Below are positions 9,280 to 18,999 of a stretch of 64,000 nucleotides of DNA, in pieces; positions within the stretch are counted from its first letter, which is position 1, and each line of letters starts with the position of its first letter. The position numbers and the translations under genes were made by a program. This DNA comes from Chthoniobacter sp. GTDB lineage: Bacteria > Verrucomicrobiota > Verrucomicrobiia > Chthoniobacterales > Chthoniobacteraceae. The DNA lies in assembly GCA_021414005.1 (NCBI GenBank), contig JAIOPH010000031.1, positions 111,973-175,972 on the forward strand, read 5' to 3'. The notes beneath the pieces are model-generated. The model was not told the DNA's origin and did no database searches. It worked only from the letters and a program-made list of their open reading frames with translations.

Positions 9280-9716
9280 CGCGGCTTGCAGTAGCCATCG
9301 CTCGCGCAGGCGGCGGCGGGAAAGGCGTCGAGTTTTTCGCGCAGATCTCCGTCGCTCGCGCCGAAAAGCCAGCGGCTGATTTTGTGGCGGTTTTCGGAAA
9401 CGACCTCGCACGCCCGGCGGGCGAGCGGGAGCAGCGCGGGATGCGCGAGGCGGAGCGACCATTCGCGATACTCGCGCAGCGCCCACAGGCACATGACCCA
9501 CGCGCTGCCGCCCTGCCACACGTCGCCGGTGTCGCTGATGACAACGATTTCGCGCTCGGGATGAAGCGCGCCGATGCCGGGGAAGCGGCAGGCGATTTCA
9601 GGCGATTGCAGCGGGATGAAAACCAGCGGTACGAAGGCGGGCTGCTGGTCGAGCCACGTCCGACAGCGCCGGCAGACGTGGCAGGTGCCATCGTAAAGGA
9701 TGTAGAGGCGCTTCAT
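9276..9716 (-). CDS. DCC1-like thiol-disulfide oxidoreductase (DUF393)
   Basis: ILYDGTCHVC (DxxCxxC) at the N-terminus; ATGA overlap with the next gene. Confidence 0.8.
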   Translation of the reverse strand: MKRLYILYDGTCHVCRRCRTWLDQQPAFVPLVFIPLQSPEIACRFPGIGALHPEREIVVISDTGDVWQGGSAWVMCLWALREYREWSLRLAHPALLPLARRACEVVSENRHKISRWLFGASDGDLREKLDAFPAAACASDGYCKPR

Positions 9717-9726
9717 AAATTTGCGG

Positions 9727-10125
9727 TTAGCCGGCGACGTTGACGCGGGCTTGCGGCGCGAGCGGTGGCGGCGCGCTGTGCAGGAGGGCGCGTTTCCGCA
9801 TTTTACTGAAGACGTAGAGGTTGAAGAAGTGCATCGCACCGAGGATCAGGAGGACCGCGCCGATCTTGGTGCTGAGAACTTCCAGCAATTCCTGCAGGTT
9901 GGCGGCCTTGTCGCCATATTTCAGTGCGAGACTCACGTAGCCGACATTGACAAGGTAGAAGCCGACGAGCAGCAGATGATTGATGGAATCGGCGAGGGCC
10001 TCGTTACCGTGGAAGGCATCGACGAGAAAAAGGCGGCCGTTTTTGTGGAGCGTTCGCGCGACCCAGACGGTGAGAGCGATGCTGATGGCGAGGTAAAGGG
10101 CGTAGGTCCCGACGATGTAGTTCAT
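9727..10125 (-). CDS. Conserved small membrane protein (about 3 TM segments)
   Basis: Hydrophobic segments; NGRLFLVDAF...ADSINHLLLVGFYLVNVGY motif. Confidence 0.75.
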   Translation of the reverse strand: MNYIVGTYALYLAISIALTVWVARTLHKNGRLFLVDAFHGNEALADSINHLLLVGFYLVNVGYVSLALKYGDKAANLQELLEVLSTKIGAVLLILGAMHFFNLYVFSKMRKRALLHSAPPPLAPQARVNVAG

Positions 10126-10158
10126 GGTTGTTTGGTTTCTAGTTTGGTTGTTTTTGTG

Positions 10159-10178
10159 TTTTCAGAATTCTGTGAAAA
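10159..10178. promoter_or_regulatory. Putative operator TTTTCA-N8-TGAAAA (copy 2)
   Basis: TTTTCAGAATTCTGTGAAAA upstream of the membrane-protein gene. Confidence 0.65.
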
Positions 10179-10200
10179 TTGTTGGCAAAAAAAGGGTCGG

Positions 10201-10746
10201 TCATTTGAGAAACTTCAGCGCCCAGGGAACGATGCTGCTCTGCTCGGAGCGGACGACTTTGCTGAGCACGCCGTCGGCCATCTCCATGAACTCGCAAAGC
10301 GCTTTGGTCTGTTTGGTGAAGGCGACGGCATCCGGCGATTTCAGGCCGTCGGCGCGGTCAATGCAGTCCTTGAGGACGTTGATCGCCGGTCGAATTTCGC
10401 GGCGTTTTCGCTCGCGGACGATGATGCAGAACATCTTCCAAACGTCCTTTTCCGCTTCAAAATACTCTTTGCGTTCGCCTTTTCGGATGACGCTGCGGAC
10501 AAGCCCCCAGCCGACGAGTTCGCGCAGGTTGGTGTGGGCGTTGCCGCGACTGATCTTGAGCTCCTCCATGACCTCGTCTGTGGTCAGTGGGCCAGAGGTG
10601 ATGATGAGAAGCGCGTGGATCTGGGCCATCGTGCGGTTGATGCCCCAAGCGCTGCCGATGCTGCCCCATTGGGTGACGAATTCATCGCGCGCCACGTCGA
10701 GTTGCAGGCCCTCAGCGGTGGGAGTCGGGCGGCTGATCTTTTTCAT
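10201..10746 (-). CDS. GbsR/MarR-family wHTH transcriptional regulator
   Basis: FVTQWGSIGSAWGINRTMAQIHALL...ISRGNAHTNLRELVGWGLV..GERKEYF. Confidence 0.9.
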   Translation of the reverse strand: MKKISRPTPTAEGLQLDVARDEFVTQWGSIGSAWGINRTMAQIHALLIITSGPLTTDEVMEELKISRGNAHTNLRELVGWGLVRSVIRKGERKEYFEAEKDVWKMFCIIVRERKRREIRPAINVLKDCIDRADGLKSPDAVAFTKQTKALCEFMEMADGVLSKVVRSEQSSIVPWALKFLK

Positions 10747-10752
10747 TTTGTA

Positions 10753-10772
10753 TTTTCAGTATTTAATGAAAA
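10753..10772. promoter_or_regulatory. Putative operator TTTTCA-N8-TGAAAA (copy 1)
   Basis: TTTTCAGTATTTAATGAAAA just upstream of the regulator start. Confidence 0.65.
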
Positions 10773-10939
10773 CATAAATTCGGCAAGTGCTTTTTTGGGG
10801 GCCGCGAGCCCGGCCTGTCGTCCTGAGTTCCCGACCGCCGGCTCCCACCGGTAACTCCACTCTAGGATGACCGGCGTTTTCCGGTCGATTCGGTCTAGCG
10901 TTTGACAAACGCGGTGCCCCCGGCTTGCCTACCGCCCCG

Positions 10940-11536
10940 ATGAAACGATTCCTCTCCATCTTTACCGTCTCCCTCGCGTTCGCCCTCCTCGGCGGATGCG
11001 TCACCGCGCCTTCTGGCGGCGCTTATAAGGTGACGGCCTTTAAGCCACATAACCCGGCGAACGTTCGCGTGAAGGTTTCCACCTCCACGCAGAACATCTA
11101 CGTGCTCGAAGGCGACCGTCTGCTCATGGCCGTGCAGGGCTGTGTGGGCAAGGCCGATTCACCGACGCCCGCGGGCAATTTTCACATCAACGCCAAGAAC
11201 AAAACCAAGCGCCGCGTGAGCGAGCCGGATGCCGGTTACCCAATGGCTTACTGGTGCGAGTTTTTGCCCGCGTATGGGCTGCACGAAGGCTTCGTGCATC
11301 CGTATCCGCGCACGCACGGCTGCATCCGCCTGCACAAGGAGGCGGCGGCACGGCTATTTGCTCTCGTGAAAGTGGGCACTCCGATCAACATTTCGCGCAC
11401 CCAGCCGGAGGATTCGCAATATGGTCACTTCGTCCGCAAGCTCGACCAGAGTCGCGACCCAGATCCACCGCGCTCCTACATGCTGTCGCCGGCCTGGTTC
11501 AAAGATCCCGCCGGTCCGTTGCTGATCGAAGGCTGA
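10940..11536 (+). CDS. L,D-transpeptidase (YkuD family) lipoprotein
   Basis: Lipobox LLGGC; PTPAGNF; THGCIRL catalytic motif. Confidence 0.85.
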   Translation: MKRFLSIFTVSLAFALLGGCVTAPSGGAYKVTAFKPHNPANVRVKVSTSTQNIYVLEGDRLLMAVQGCVGKADSPTPAGNFHINAKNKTKRRVSEPDAGYPMAYWCEFLPAYGLHEGFVHPYPRTHGCIRLHKEAAARLFALVKVGTPINISRTQPEDSQYGHFVRKLDQSRDPDPPRSYMLSPAWFKDPAGPLLIEG

Positions 11537-11553
11537 TTTTCAAAAACGGTTTA

Positions 11554-11597
11554 TATGCGGTCGCTGATGCTGGAAACTCCGGCTCAGCGACCGCATA
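11554..11597. repeat. Long hairpin between the L,D-transpeptidase gene and ispH
   Basis: TATGCGGTCGCTGA / TCAGCGACCGCATA perfect 14-bp stem; the loop region also pairs (GCTGGA/TCCGGC). Confidence 0.7.
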
Positions 11598-11608
11598 GTT
11601 TCCAGACC

Positions 11609-12829
11609 ATGAGCACACCCGCCGCACCTGCCAAACGCGTCAACCTCCGCACGCCCGATGTCATGGCTGCCGTGCAGGCGCAGGTGGAGTCGCACTACCG
11701 CAGCGAGGTGGTGGAGCGGCTCCGCGTTTCCGGCGGGAGCCTGACGTGCGACGGCCTGACGGTGCGGCTGGCGAAGCAGTTCGGTTTTTGTTACGGCGTC
11801 GAGCGCGCCATTGATCTCGCCTACGCGGCGGCGAAAGTTTTTACCGATCGCCGACTCTTCATTCTCGGCGAAATCATCCACAACCCCGAGGTCAACGAAC
11901 AGATTGCCGCGCTCGGCATCAAAAATCTCATCCCGCCGCACCAGCAGGCCGAGGTCGACGATCTCACGGCGGAGGACGTGGTTATCGTCCCCGCGTTTGG
12001 CACCGACGTGAAAACGCTCGCGCGCATCAAGGAACTAGGCTGTCAGATCGTCGATACGACGTGCGGCGATGTGATGAGCGTGTGGAAACGCGTGCGCCAG
12101 AACGCCAGTGATGACGTGACCTCGATCATCCATGGCAAAGCTGCGCACGAGGAGACCAAAGCCACGGCTTCGCGCGCGGTTGTCGGGGGGCGCGGACACT
12201 ACCTCATTGTGCTCACGCTGGCGGACACGGATTACGTTTGCGACTACATCCGTCGCGGCGGGGACAAGGCAGCGTTTTTGGAAAGATTCCGCGGGGCCCA
12301 CAGCGAGGGCTTCGATCCCGATCTCCACCTCCGCCGCATCGGCGTGGCCAACCAGACGACGATGATGCGCGGCGAAACCGAGGAAGTGCAGCGCCGCGTA
12401 GAAGTCGCCATGCGCGACCGCGACGGCGCGGAAAAAGCACGCGAGAGTTTTCGCTTTTTCGACACGATCTGCGGGGCCACGCAGGAGCGGCAGGATGCCT
12501 TGCGCGACATGCTGGCCGCGCCGATGGACCTGCTCATCGTCGTGGGTGGTTACAACAGCTCGAACACGTCCCACCTCGCTGAAATGGGCGAGGCCAAGCT
12601 CCCCACCTACTTCATCCGCAACGCCACCCGCCTGGAATCGCGCGAGCGGATCACGCATTTCGACCAGCACGCGAAACGCGAAGTCACCACCGAAGGCTGG
12701 CTGCGCCCCGGTCCGCTGGTGGTCGGCATCACCGCCGGCGCGAGCTGTCCGAACAACCTCATCGAGGAAACCATTCTTCGTCTCTTCCAGCTCCACGGAG
12801 TCGCCCCGGAGCGGCTGCTTGGCGCGTGA
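11609..12829 (+). CDS. ispH: 4-hydroxy-3-methylbut-2-enyl diphosphate reductase
   Basis: FGFCYGVERAI, GEIIHNP, VDTTC, NQTT, DTICGATQERQ, GGYNSSNT, GITAGASCP. Confidence 0.95.
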   Translation: MSTPAAPAKRVNLRTPDVMAAVQAQVESHYRSEVVERLRVSGGSLTCDGLTVRLAKQFGFCYGVERAIDLAYAAAKVFTDRRLFILGEIIHNPEVNEQIAALGIKNLIPPHQQAEVDDLTAEDVVIVPAFGTDVKTLARIKELGCQIVDTTCGDVMSVWKRVRQNASDDVTSIIHGKAAHEETKATASRAVVGGRGHYLIVLTLADTDYVCDYIRRGGDKAAFLERFRGAHSEGFDPDLHLRRIGVANQTTMMRGETEEVQRRVEVAMRDRDGAEKARESFRFFDTICGATQERQDALRDMLAAPMDLLIVVGGYNSSNTSHLAEMGEAKLPTYFIRNATRLESRERITHFDQHAKREVTTEGWLRPGPLVVGITAGASCPNNLIEETILRLFQLHGVAPERLLGA

Positions 12830-12882
12830 GCGGTGACGGTGGACGCATTTACAATGCGGGGGCGCATGCTAGCTTCCCCGCC

Positions 12883-14166
12883 ATGAAAAAACGACTTTTG
12901 CAAAGTCTGGGCCTCGTGCTCGTGGTGTTCAACGTCGCGGTCGGGTTCCGCGTTTACCAGGCGACGGGCGCGCAGGAGAAGGAAGACTCGGGCTACGCGA
13001 GCATCGCGGTTTTTGCCCGCGCTTTGCAGCTCGTCCGGCAGGACTACGTGGACGAGAATAAGGTGAGCTACGAGGCGCTCACGCACGCCGCCATGCGGGG
13101 CATGCTGAGCCAGCTCGATCCGCATTCGCAGTTCATGGAGCCGCGCGATTTCAAAGGCATGCAAGACGATACCAACAGCCGCTTCGGCGGGCTCGGCGTG
13201 GTCGTCTCGCAGCGCGAGGGCAATCTCATCATCGTGACCCCAATGGAGGACACGCCGGGCTTTCGCGCGGGCCTTTTGCCGAATGACCAGATCATCAAAA
13301 TCGACGGAACGGCGACCGAGCGGATGGATCTGAACGAGGCGATCAACCTGCTGCGCGGGGAGGCCGGGCAAAAGGTGACGCTGACCATCCTGCGGCCCGC
13401 GACGAAGGAGATCAAAGATTTCGCCATGGTGCGGGAGAACATCAAGGTCGCCAGCGTGAAGGACGCGAAAATCCTGCCTGCGGAACTCGGCGGCGAATTC
13501 AAGGTCGGCTACGTGCGGATCACGCAATTCAACGTGCCGACGGCCGATGATCTCGGGAAGAAGCTCGACGAGCTGGAGAAAAAGGGGATGCAGGCGCTCG
13601 TGCTCGATCTGCGCTACAACCCCGGCGGGTTGCTCAACTCCGCCGTGGATGTCGCCGGCCAGTTTCTCCCGCCGAAGACGCTCGTCGCCTCCACCGAAGG
13701 CCGCGTGGCGTCCCAGAGCAGGTCGTATCGCACCGCTGACAAGGTGAAGCCGCGTCCGCAGTTTCCGCTGGCGATCCTCACGAACACCGGCTCCGCCAGC
13801 GGCTCGGAGATTGTCGCCGGCGCGCTGAAGGATTTGAACCGCGCGATCATTGTCGGCGAGACTACTTTCGGCAAAGGCTCGGTGCAGAGCGTCATCCAGC
13901 TTCAGGATGGGTCGGCGATGCGGCTGACCACGGCGAAGTATTACACACCGAGCAAACAGGTGATCCACGAGCACGGCGTCTCTCCCACCATCCGCGCGAC
14001 GCTCACGCCCGAGCAGGAGCGGATGCTCATGCTCCAGCGCCGCGAGGATTCCATGAGCGAATCCGAGCGGAAGGATCTCGCCAACTTCCGCGACCCGCAG
14101 CTCGAGCGCGCGGTGGATGCGCTGAAGGGTGTAATGATCTACGCTGACAAGGCGGGGAAGAAGTGA
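12883..14166 (+). CDS. ctpA: Carboxyl-terminal processing protease (S41, PDZ)
   Basis: LDPHS, FGGLGV, LDLRYNPGG, SASGSEIVAGAL, TFGKGSVQ. Confidence 0.9.
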   Translation: MKKRLLQSLGLVLVVFNVAVGFRVYQATGAQEKEDSGYASIAVFARALQLVRQDYVDENKVSYEALTHAAMRGMLSQLDPHSQFMEPRDFKGMQDDTNSRFGGLGVVVSQREGNLIIVTPMEDTPGFRAGLLPNDQIIKIDGTATERMDLNEAINLLRGEAGQKVTLTILRPATKEIKDFAMVRENIKVASVKDAKILPAELGGEFKVGYVRITQFNVPTADDLGKKLDELEKKGMQALVLDLRYNPGGLLNSAVDVAGQFLPPKTLVASTEGRVASQSRSYRTADKVKPRPQFPLAILTNTGSASGSEIVAGALKDLNRAIIVGETTFGKGSVQSVIQLQDGSAMRLTTAKYYTPSKQVIHEHGVSPTIRATLTPEQERMLMLQRREDSMSESERKDLANFRDPQLERAVDALKGVMIYADKAGKK

Positions 14167-14251
14167 TTGGTGAGGGGCGGGAGGTGATTGGTAGAAAGGC
14201 ACCGCTGCTTCCCATCCGTGCCTAATCACGCATCACCAATCACCAATTACG
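14163..14251. repeat. Head-to-head heptamer arrays (GTGATTG... / AATCACC)
   Basis: GTGATTGGT at 14163 and 14184 (21 bp apart); aatcacg catcacc aatcacc aattacg at 14224-14251. Confidence 0.6.
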
Positions 14252-15246
14252 CCGCCTGCATCCTTGCGATTGAAACGTCGTGCGACGAAACGGCGGCGGC
14301 GGTGCTGCGGGGCGGGAAGTTGCTGGCGAGCGAGGTGGCGTCGCAGATCGCCGTTCACGCGCAATATGGCGGGGTGGTGCCGGAGGTGGCTTCGCGCCAG
14401 CATCTGCGGGCGCTGCGACCGGTGATCGCGCAGGCGCTGGCGGCTGCGGGCGTGGCGCTGGCTGAGGTCGATGCTTTTGCCGCGACCTGCGGGCCGGGGC
14501 TCGCGAGTTCGCTCATGATCGGCACGTCGGTGGCCAAAGGGCTCGCGGTGGCGCTGCGCAAGCCCTACCTCGCAATCAACCATCTCGAAGGTCATCTGCT
14601 CTCGCCTTTTTTCGGCACGCATGAAGGCGTGCGACCGGCGGTGGCGCTCATCGTCAGCGGCGGGCATACCCTGCTGGTCGAGATCGAGGCGTTTGGAAAA
14701 TACCGGCTGCTCGGTCAGACGCAGGACGACGCCGCCGGCGAGGCTTTCGACAAAGTGGGCAAGCTGCTCGGCCTGCCATATCCTGGCGGGCCAAACGTGA
14801 ACCGGCTGGCGACCAGCGGCGATCCGGCGCGCGTGGATTTTCCGCGCAGCATGCTGCACTCGGACGACTTCGCCTTCAGCTTCAGCGGCCTCAAGACCTC
14901 CGTGCGCTACCTGCTCCCGAAGCTCGGCGACATCAGTCTGCCGGATGTCTGCGCCTCGTTTCAGGAAGCCGTGGTGGACGTACTCGTGGCCAAAACCCTG
15001 CGCGCCGCCGAAGCCACGGGACGCCGACTCATCGCCGTCAGTGGCGGCGTGAGCTGCAACACCCGCCTGCGCGAAAAGCTCCGCGCGGCCTGCGCGGCGC
15101 GGGGCTGCGAGTTGCTCGTCGCGGAGCCCGCGCTTTGCACCGACAACGCCGCCATGATCGGCTACGTGGCCAGGCTGATGCTCGCCCACGGTCAAAGTTC
15201 CGCGCTGACCGTGGACATTGATCCGAACCTGCGGCTGGTGGCGTAA
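14218..15246 (+). CDS. tsaD: tRNA N6-adenosine threonylcarbamoyltransferase TsaD
   Basis: ILAIETSCDET, GGVVPEVASRQH, NHLEGH, SGGHT, DDAAGEAFDK, FSFSGLKT, CTDNAAMI; GTG start inferred. Confidence 0.95.
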   Translation: MPNHASPITNYAACILAIETSCDETAAAVLRGGKLLASEVASQIAVHAQYGGVVPEVASRQHLRALRPVIAQALAAAGVALAEVDAFAATCGPGLASSLMIGTSVAKGLAVALRKPYLAINHLEGHLLSPFFGTHEGVRPAVALIVSGGHTLLVEIEAFGKYRLLGQTQDDAAGEAFDKVGKLLGLPYPGGPNVNRLATSGDPARVDFPRSMLHSDDFAFSFSGLKTSVRYLLPKLGDISLPDVCASFQEAVVDVLVAKTLRAAEATGRRLIAVSGGVSCNTRLREKLRAACAARGCELLVAEPALCTDNAAMIGYVARLMLAHGQSSALTVDIDPNLRLVA

Positions 15247-15297
15247 ACGGGCGGGGCCGTGCTTGCCAGCTTCCGGGACGTGTGGCACTTCTCCGGC

Positions 15298-15972
15298 GTG
15301 CGTTTTTTCCTCCCCATCCCGCTCGTGCTTGCGCTGCTTTGCGCGGGCTGCGCTTCTGCGGGCAAGCAGGCGAAGGCACCGGGCAGCGAGGACGAGAACA
15401 GCCGGCTCGCGGAGCAGCGGAGGGTGATGGCGGTGGAACGCGGCGACGTGGCCTCGGCGCGCGGGGCGGAGATCCTGGTTTTTGATCCGAACAAGAAATA
15501 CGACCCGACAGCCCACGCCGTGGGAGGCCGAACTTACGGGACGGGCGAGGCGCGGACGAAGGCGTATTCCTTCGTGCAGAAAGCCAACCCCGGCACCTAC
15601 AAAACGCGGGACTTTTACGGGTCGCGGGCCTCGTCGGCGAACGGGATGAAATACGCGACGAAGGAAGCGGCGACGCGCGGTTCGGAGGGGATTCCGCACG
15701 CAAACACGCCCGCCGCGACGAAGACGGCGGCGACGAAGGAAGCGTGGGATGCGAACCGGGCCTCGGAGGTGAGCTACCTGCACGACGGCAAGCGCGAGTA
15801 TCTCGGGAAGGAGAGCAAGAAGCTACGGCAGGGCATTGATCCGGCGACCTTGGGCGACTGGCGCAATGCCGGCGAGACGGTGTCGAACGGCGCGACCTCG
15901 GTGGAGAAGTACGGGACGATGAAGCAGCTCACGGTCGAGGACATCCGCGAGTTGCTGAACAAGAGCAAATAG
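15298..15972 (+). CDS. Hypothetical lipoprotein
   Basis: Lipobox LCAGC; Thr/Lys/Ala-rich body. Confidence 0.6.
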   Translation: MRFFLPIPLVLALLCAGCASAGKQAKAPGSEDENSRLAEQRRVMAVERGDVASARGAEILVFDPNKKYDPTAHAVGGRTYGTGEARTKAYSFVQKANPGTYKTRDFYGSRASSANGMKYATKEAATRGSEGIPHANTPAATKTAATKEAWDANRASEVSYLHDGKREYLGKESKKLRQGIDPATLGDWRNAGETVSNGATSVEKYGTMKQLTVEDIRELLNKSK

Positions 15973-16048
15973 GCGGGTTTCCGGTCGGCGGCATTTTCCT
16001 GCTCGCCTCGCGCGCGGCGCGGCCTTTATCCCACACGGGCTACGCCTT

Positions 16049-17221
16049 ATGCCGTCACCCGAAGAGCAGCTTGAAATCCTGAAACGCGGTTCCGCAAAAA
16101 TCCTCAGCGAAGAGGAATTACTGGCGAAGCTGCGGCTCGGGCGTCCGCTGAATATCAAGCTCGGCGTCGATCCGACCGCACCGGACATCCACCTCGGTTT
16201 CACTGTGGCGCTGCAAAAGCTGCGGCAGTTTCAGGATCTCGGGCATCAGGCGATCCTCATCATTGGCGACTTCACCGCGATGATCGGCGACCCGACCGGG
16301 CGCTCGAAGGCGCGCCCGCAGCTTTCGCACGACCAGATCATGGGCAACGCGAAAAGCTTTCAGGCGCAGGCGTTCAAAATCCTCGATCCCGCGCACACGC
16401 GCACGGTCTTTAATGGCGAGTGGTTCGAGATGATGACCTTTGAGCAGGTGATGAAGCTGAACTCGCGCGTGACGCTCCAGCAGATGCTCCAGCGCGAGGA
16501 TTTCAAAAATCGCGTGGACCGCGGCGAGGCGGTGCATTTGCACGAAATCCAGTATCCGATCATGCAGGGCTGGGATTCCGTGGTGGTGAAGGCGGATGTG
16601 GAAATCGGCGGGAACGATCAGCTTTTCAACATCCTCGTGGGGCGCGATCTCCAGCGCGAGGAAGGCCAGCCGCAGCAGGTGGTCTTTCTCATGCCGCTGC
16701 TCGAAGGGCTGGACGGCGTGCAGAAGATGTCGAAGAGCCTCGGCAATTACGTCGGCGTGAACGAGCCGCCGGTGGAGATGTTTGGCAAGCTGATGAGCAT
16801 TTCGGACGAGCTGATGGCGCGCTACTATCTGCTGCTGCTTGGCGAGCCGGTGCCGGACGGGCACCCGATGGATGCGAAGAAGCAACTCGCGCGGCGCATC
16901 GTGGCCCGCTACCACGGCGATGACGCCGGCACGGGGGCTCTGGAGGATTTCAACACGCGGTTCAGCAAGCGTGATCTGGCGAGTGCGGAGCTGCCGATCC
17001 TGTCGCTGTCAGACGTCGCGGGCGACATCGTCTCGGCGGTGGTCGCGGCCTACGCGCAGTGTTTTCAAATCACCAAATCCCGAGGCGATGCGCGGCGGCT
17101 GGTGGAGCAGGGCAGCGTGCAGCTTCGGGAGGAAAAGGTCACCGACCCGAAAGCCGCGCCCGCTTTCCAGTCCGGCGACGTGCTGAAGCTCGACAAGACG
17201 CGCGCGGTGCGGATCGGGTGA
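16049..17221 (+). CDS. tyrS: Tyrosine--tRNA ligase
   Basis: [14 protein letters not shown] (HIGH-like), [19 protein letters not shown]-terminal S4 domain. Confidence 0.97.
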   Translation: MPSPEEQLEILKRGSAKILSEEELLAKLRLGRPLNIKLGVDPTAPDIHLGFTVALQKLRQFQDLGHQAILIIGDFTAMIGDPTGRSKARPQLSHDQIMGNAKSFQAQAFKILDPAHTRTVFNGEWFEMMTFEQVMKLNSRVTLQQMLQREDFKNRVDRGEAVHLHEIQYPIMQGWDSVVVKADVEIGGNDQLFNILVGRDLQREEGQPQQVVFLMPLLEGLDGVQKMSKSLGNYVGVNEPPVEMFGKLMSISDELMARYYLLLLGEPVPDGHPMDAKKQLARRIVARYHGDDAGTGALEDFNTRFSKRDLASAELPILSLSDVAGDIVSAVVAAYAQCFQITKSRGDARRLVEQGSVQLREEKVTDPKAAPAFQSGDVLKLDKTRAVRIG

Positions 17222-17760
17222 AAAAGGTCACGGTGCATACGGACGGCGGCTGCGAGGGCAACCCCGGTCCCGGCGGCTGGGCGGCGGTGCTGGAATATGG
17301 CGGACGGACGAAAGAGGTGAGCGGTGGCGAGGCGGCGACGACGAATAACCGGATGGAATTGCAGGCGTCCATCGCGGCGCTCGCAGCGCTGACCGAACCG
17401 TGCGAGGTCGAGCTTTTCACCGACTCCACGTATCTGCGCGACGGCATCACGAAATGGATCAAGTCCTGGAAAGCGCGCGGCTGGATGACCACGACAAAAC
17501 AGCCGGTCAAAAATAAGGATCTCTGGCGTGCGCTCGACGCGGCGGCGACGCCGCACCGGGTCCACTGGCGCTGGTTGAAAGGCCACGCCGGGCACGCGGG
17601 CAATGAGCGGTGCGACGTGCTCGCGGGCGCGGAGATCGCGCGCATTAAAAGGCAGTTCACGCGGGAGCAGTTGCGCGCCGCGGTGGACACGTTGCAGGCC
17701 GCGCGGGCACCCGGCGCGGGACAACCGGGCCTGTTTCTGATCGGCGGCGCACGGCCATGA
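17218..17760 (+). CDS. rnhA: Ribonuclease HI
   Basis: [46 protein letters not shown]. Confidence 0.95.
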   Translation: MKKVTVHTDGGCEGNPGPGGWAAVLEYGGRTKEVSGGEAATTNNRMELQASIAALAALTEPCEVELFTDSTYLRDGITKWIKSWKARGWMTTTKQPVKNKDLWRALDAAATPHRVHWRWLKGHAGHAGNERCDVLAGAEIARIKRQFTREQLRAAVDTLQAARAPGAGQPGLFLIGGARP

Positions 17761-17869
17761 AACGCCGCAACTGCGGCATGGCGCCGGCGTTACGGCGTAA
17801 GGGGGAAATAAGCATTGCCTTACTGCGAAAGGCGACCTTACGGTGAAGCCGTCATCCCCCACGCCTCTT

Positions 17870-18148
17870 ATGATCGAAGTCGAAATCTACGCCGCCGGTG
17901 TTCGCCAACTGGAAAAAATTCTCGAACTCGACCACGAGTTCGAAACGGTTCCGGGACTGCGTTACAAGGTCGATAGCAATCACGACATCGTGTACCTGGA
18001 TTTTGAGGAGCCAGCGCTCACGATTCAGCAAATCCGGGCGATTTTCCGCAAACTCGGGCTCGAGCCGCGGATCGTCGGCGGGGTGCCGGCGGAACTGAAC
18101 CCGAAGAGCAAGACCCAGCCGATCCGCATCGGCGATTTGCAGAACTAG
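17870..18148 (+). CDS. Small hypothetical protein, possibly HMA/ferredoxin-like fold without CxxC
   Basis: beta-alpha-beta-beta-alpha-beta-like pattern; normal codon usage. Confidence 0.55.
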   Translation: MIEVEIYAAGVRQLEKILELDHEFETVPGLRYKVDSNHDIVYLDFEEPALTIQQIRAIFRKLGLEPRIVGGVPAELNPKSKTQPIRIGDLQN

Positions 18149-18216
18149 AGCTTGCGCCGCGCGGACCGCGGGCGGTGGACAACCGTGGATGGCCCCGCTA
18201 GCTTCGCGCGCTTCGC

Positions 18217-18999
18217 ATGGTTACGGCACTCGGGCGCCTCGCGCTTCAATTTCTCCAGTATCTCGGTGAACTCGCCTTACTCGTCTATGAGACGTGCGTG
18301 GCCTTGGTCGTGGCTCCGATCCGCTGGCGTCTGGTCATGCGGCAGATCGTGGAAGTGGGCTGGCGTTCGCAGTTGGTGGTCATCGTCACCGGGATGTTCA
18401 CGGGCGCGGTGCTCACGGCGCAGATGTATTTCCAGTTCGCCGTGCTCGGCATGGAGTCGGCGACGGGCTCGGTGGTGGCGGTGGCGCTTTTCCGGGAACT
18501 TGGGCCGGTGCTGACCGGGCTGATGGTCGCGGGCCGGGTCGGCGCGACCAGCGCGGCGGAAATTGGCACCATGAAAGTCACCGAGCAGATCGACGCCCTG
18601 CGGGCGCTGGCAGTGCATCCCATCGACTACCTCGTCATCCCGCGGGTGCTCGCGCTGGTGCTTTCCATGCCGCTGCTCGTGGCCCAGTCCGTCGGGCTCG
18701 GCATCGTTTCGAGCTACTTGGTGGGAGTGCATTTGCTGAACATCCCCGGCCCGTTTTTTCTCGAAAATCTCTACAGCTACGTCCGCCTGCGCGACCTCAA
18801 GATGGCGCTCTCCAAGGGCTTCTGCTTCGGCGTGGTCATCATCTTTGTGAGCTGCCACCAGGGGCTCAATGCCAAGGAAGGCGCGGTCGGAGTGGGCCGC
18901 GCGCCCACGGAGGCGGTGGTCATCAGCTCGCTGGCGATTCTGATCATGAATTTCTTCCTGACCTTCCTGCTCAACATGGTCTTTCCGTATGGCAAATGA
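18217..18999 (+). CDS. mlaE: MlaE-family ABC permease
   Basis: RELGPVLTGLMVAGRVGA..AEIGTMKVTEQIDAL. Confidence 0.9.
   Translation: MVTALGRLALQFLQYLGELALLVYETCVALVVAPIRWRLVMRQIVEVGWRSQLVVIVTGMFTGAVLTAQMYFQFAVLGMESATGSVVAVALFRELGPVLTGLMVAGRVGATSAAEIGTMKVTEQIDALRALAVHPIDYLVIPRVLALVLSMPLLVAQSVGLGIVSSYLVGVHLLNIPGPFFLENLYSYVRLRDLKMALSKGFCFGVVIIFVSCHQGLNAKEGAVGVGRAPTEAVVISSLAILIMNFFLTFLLNMVFPYGK

Noticed and set aside
17761-17869. Structured RNA between rnhA and the small ORF
   Set aside because: Only short competing stems; better explained as a promoter region (TTGCCT...TACGGT).
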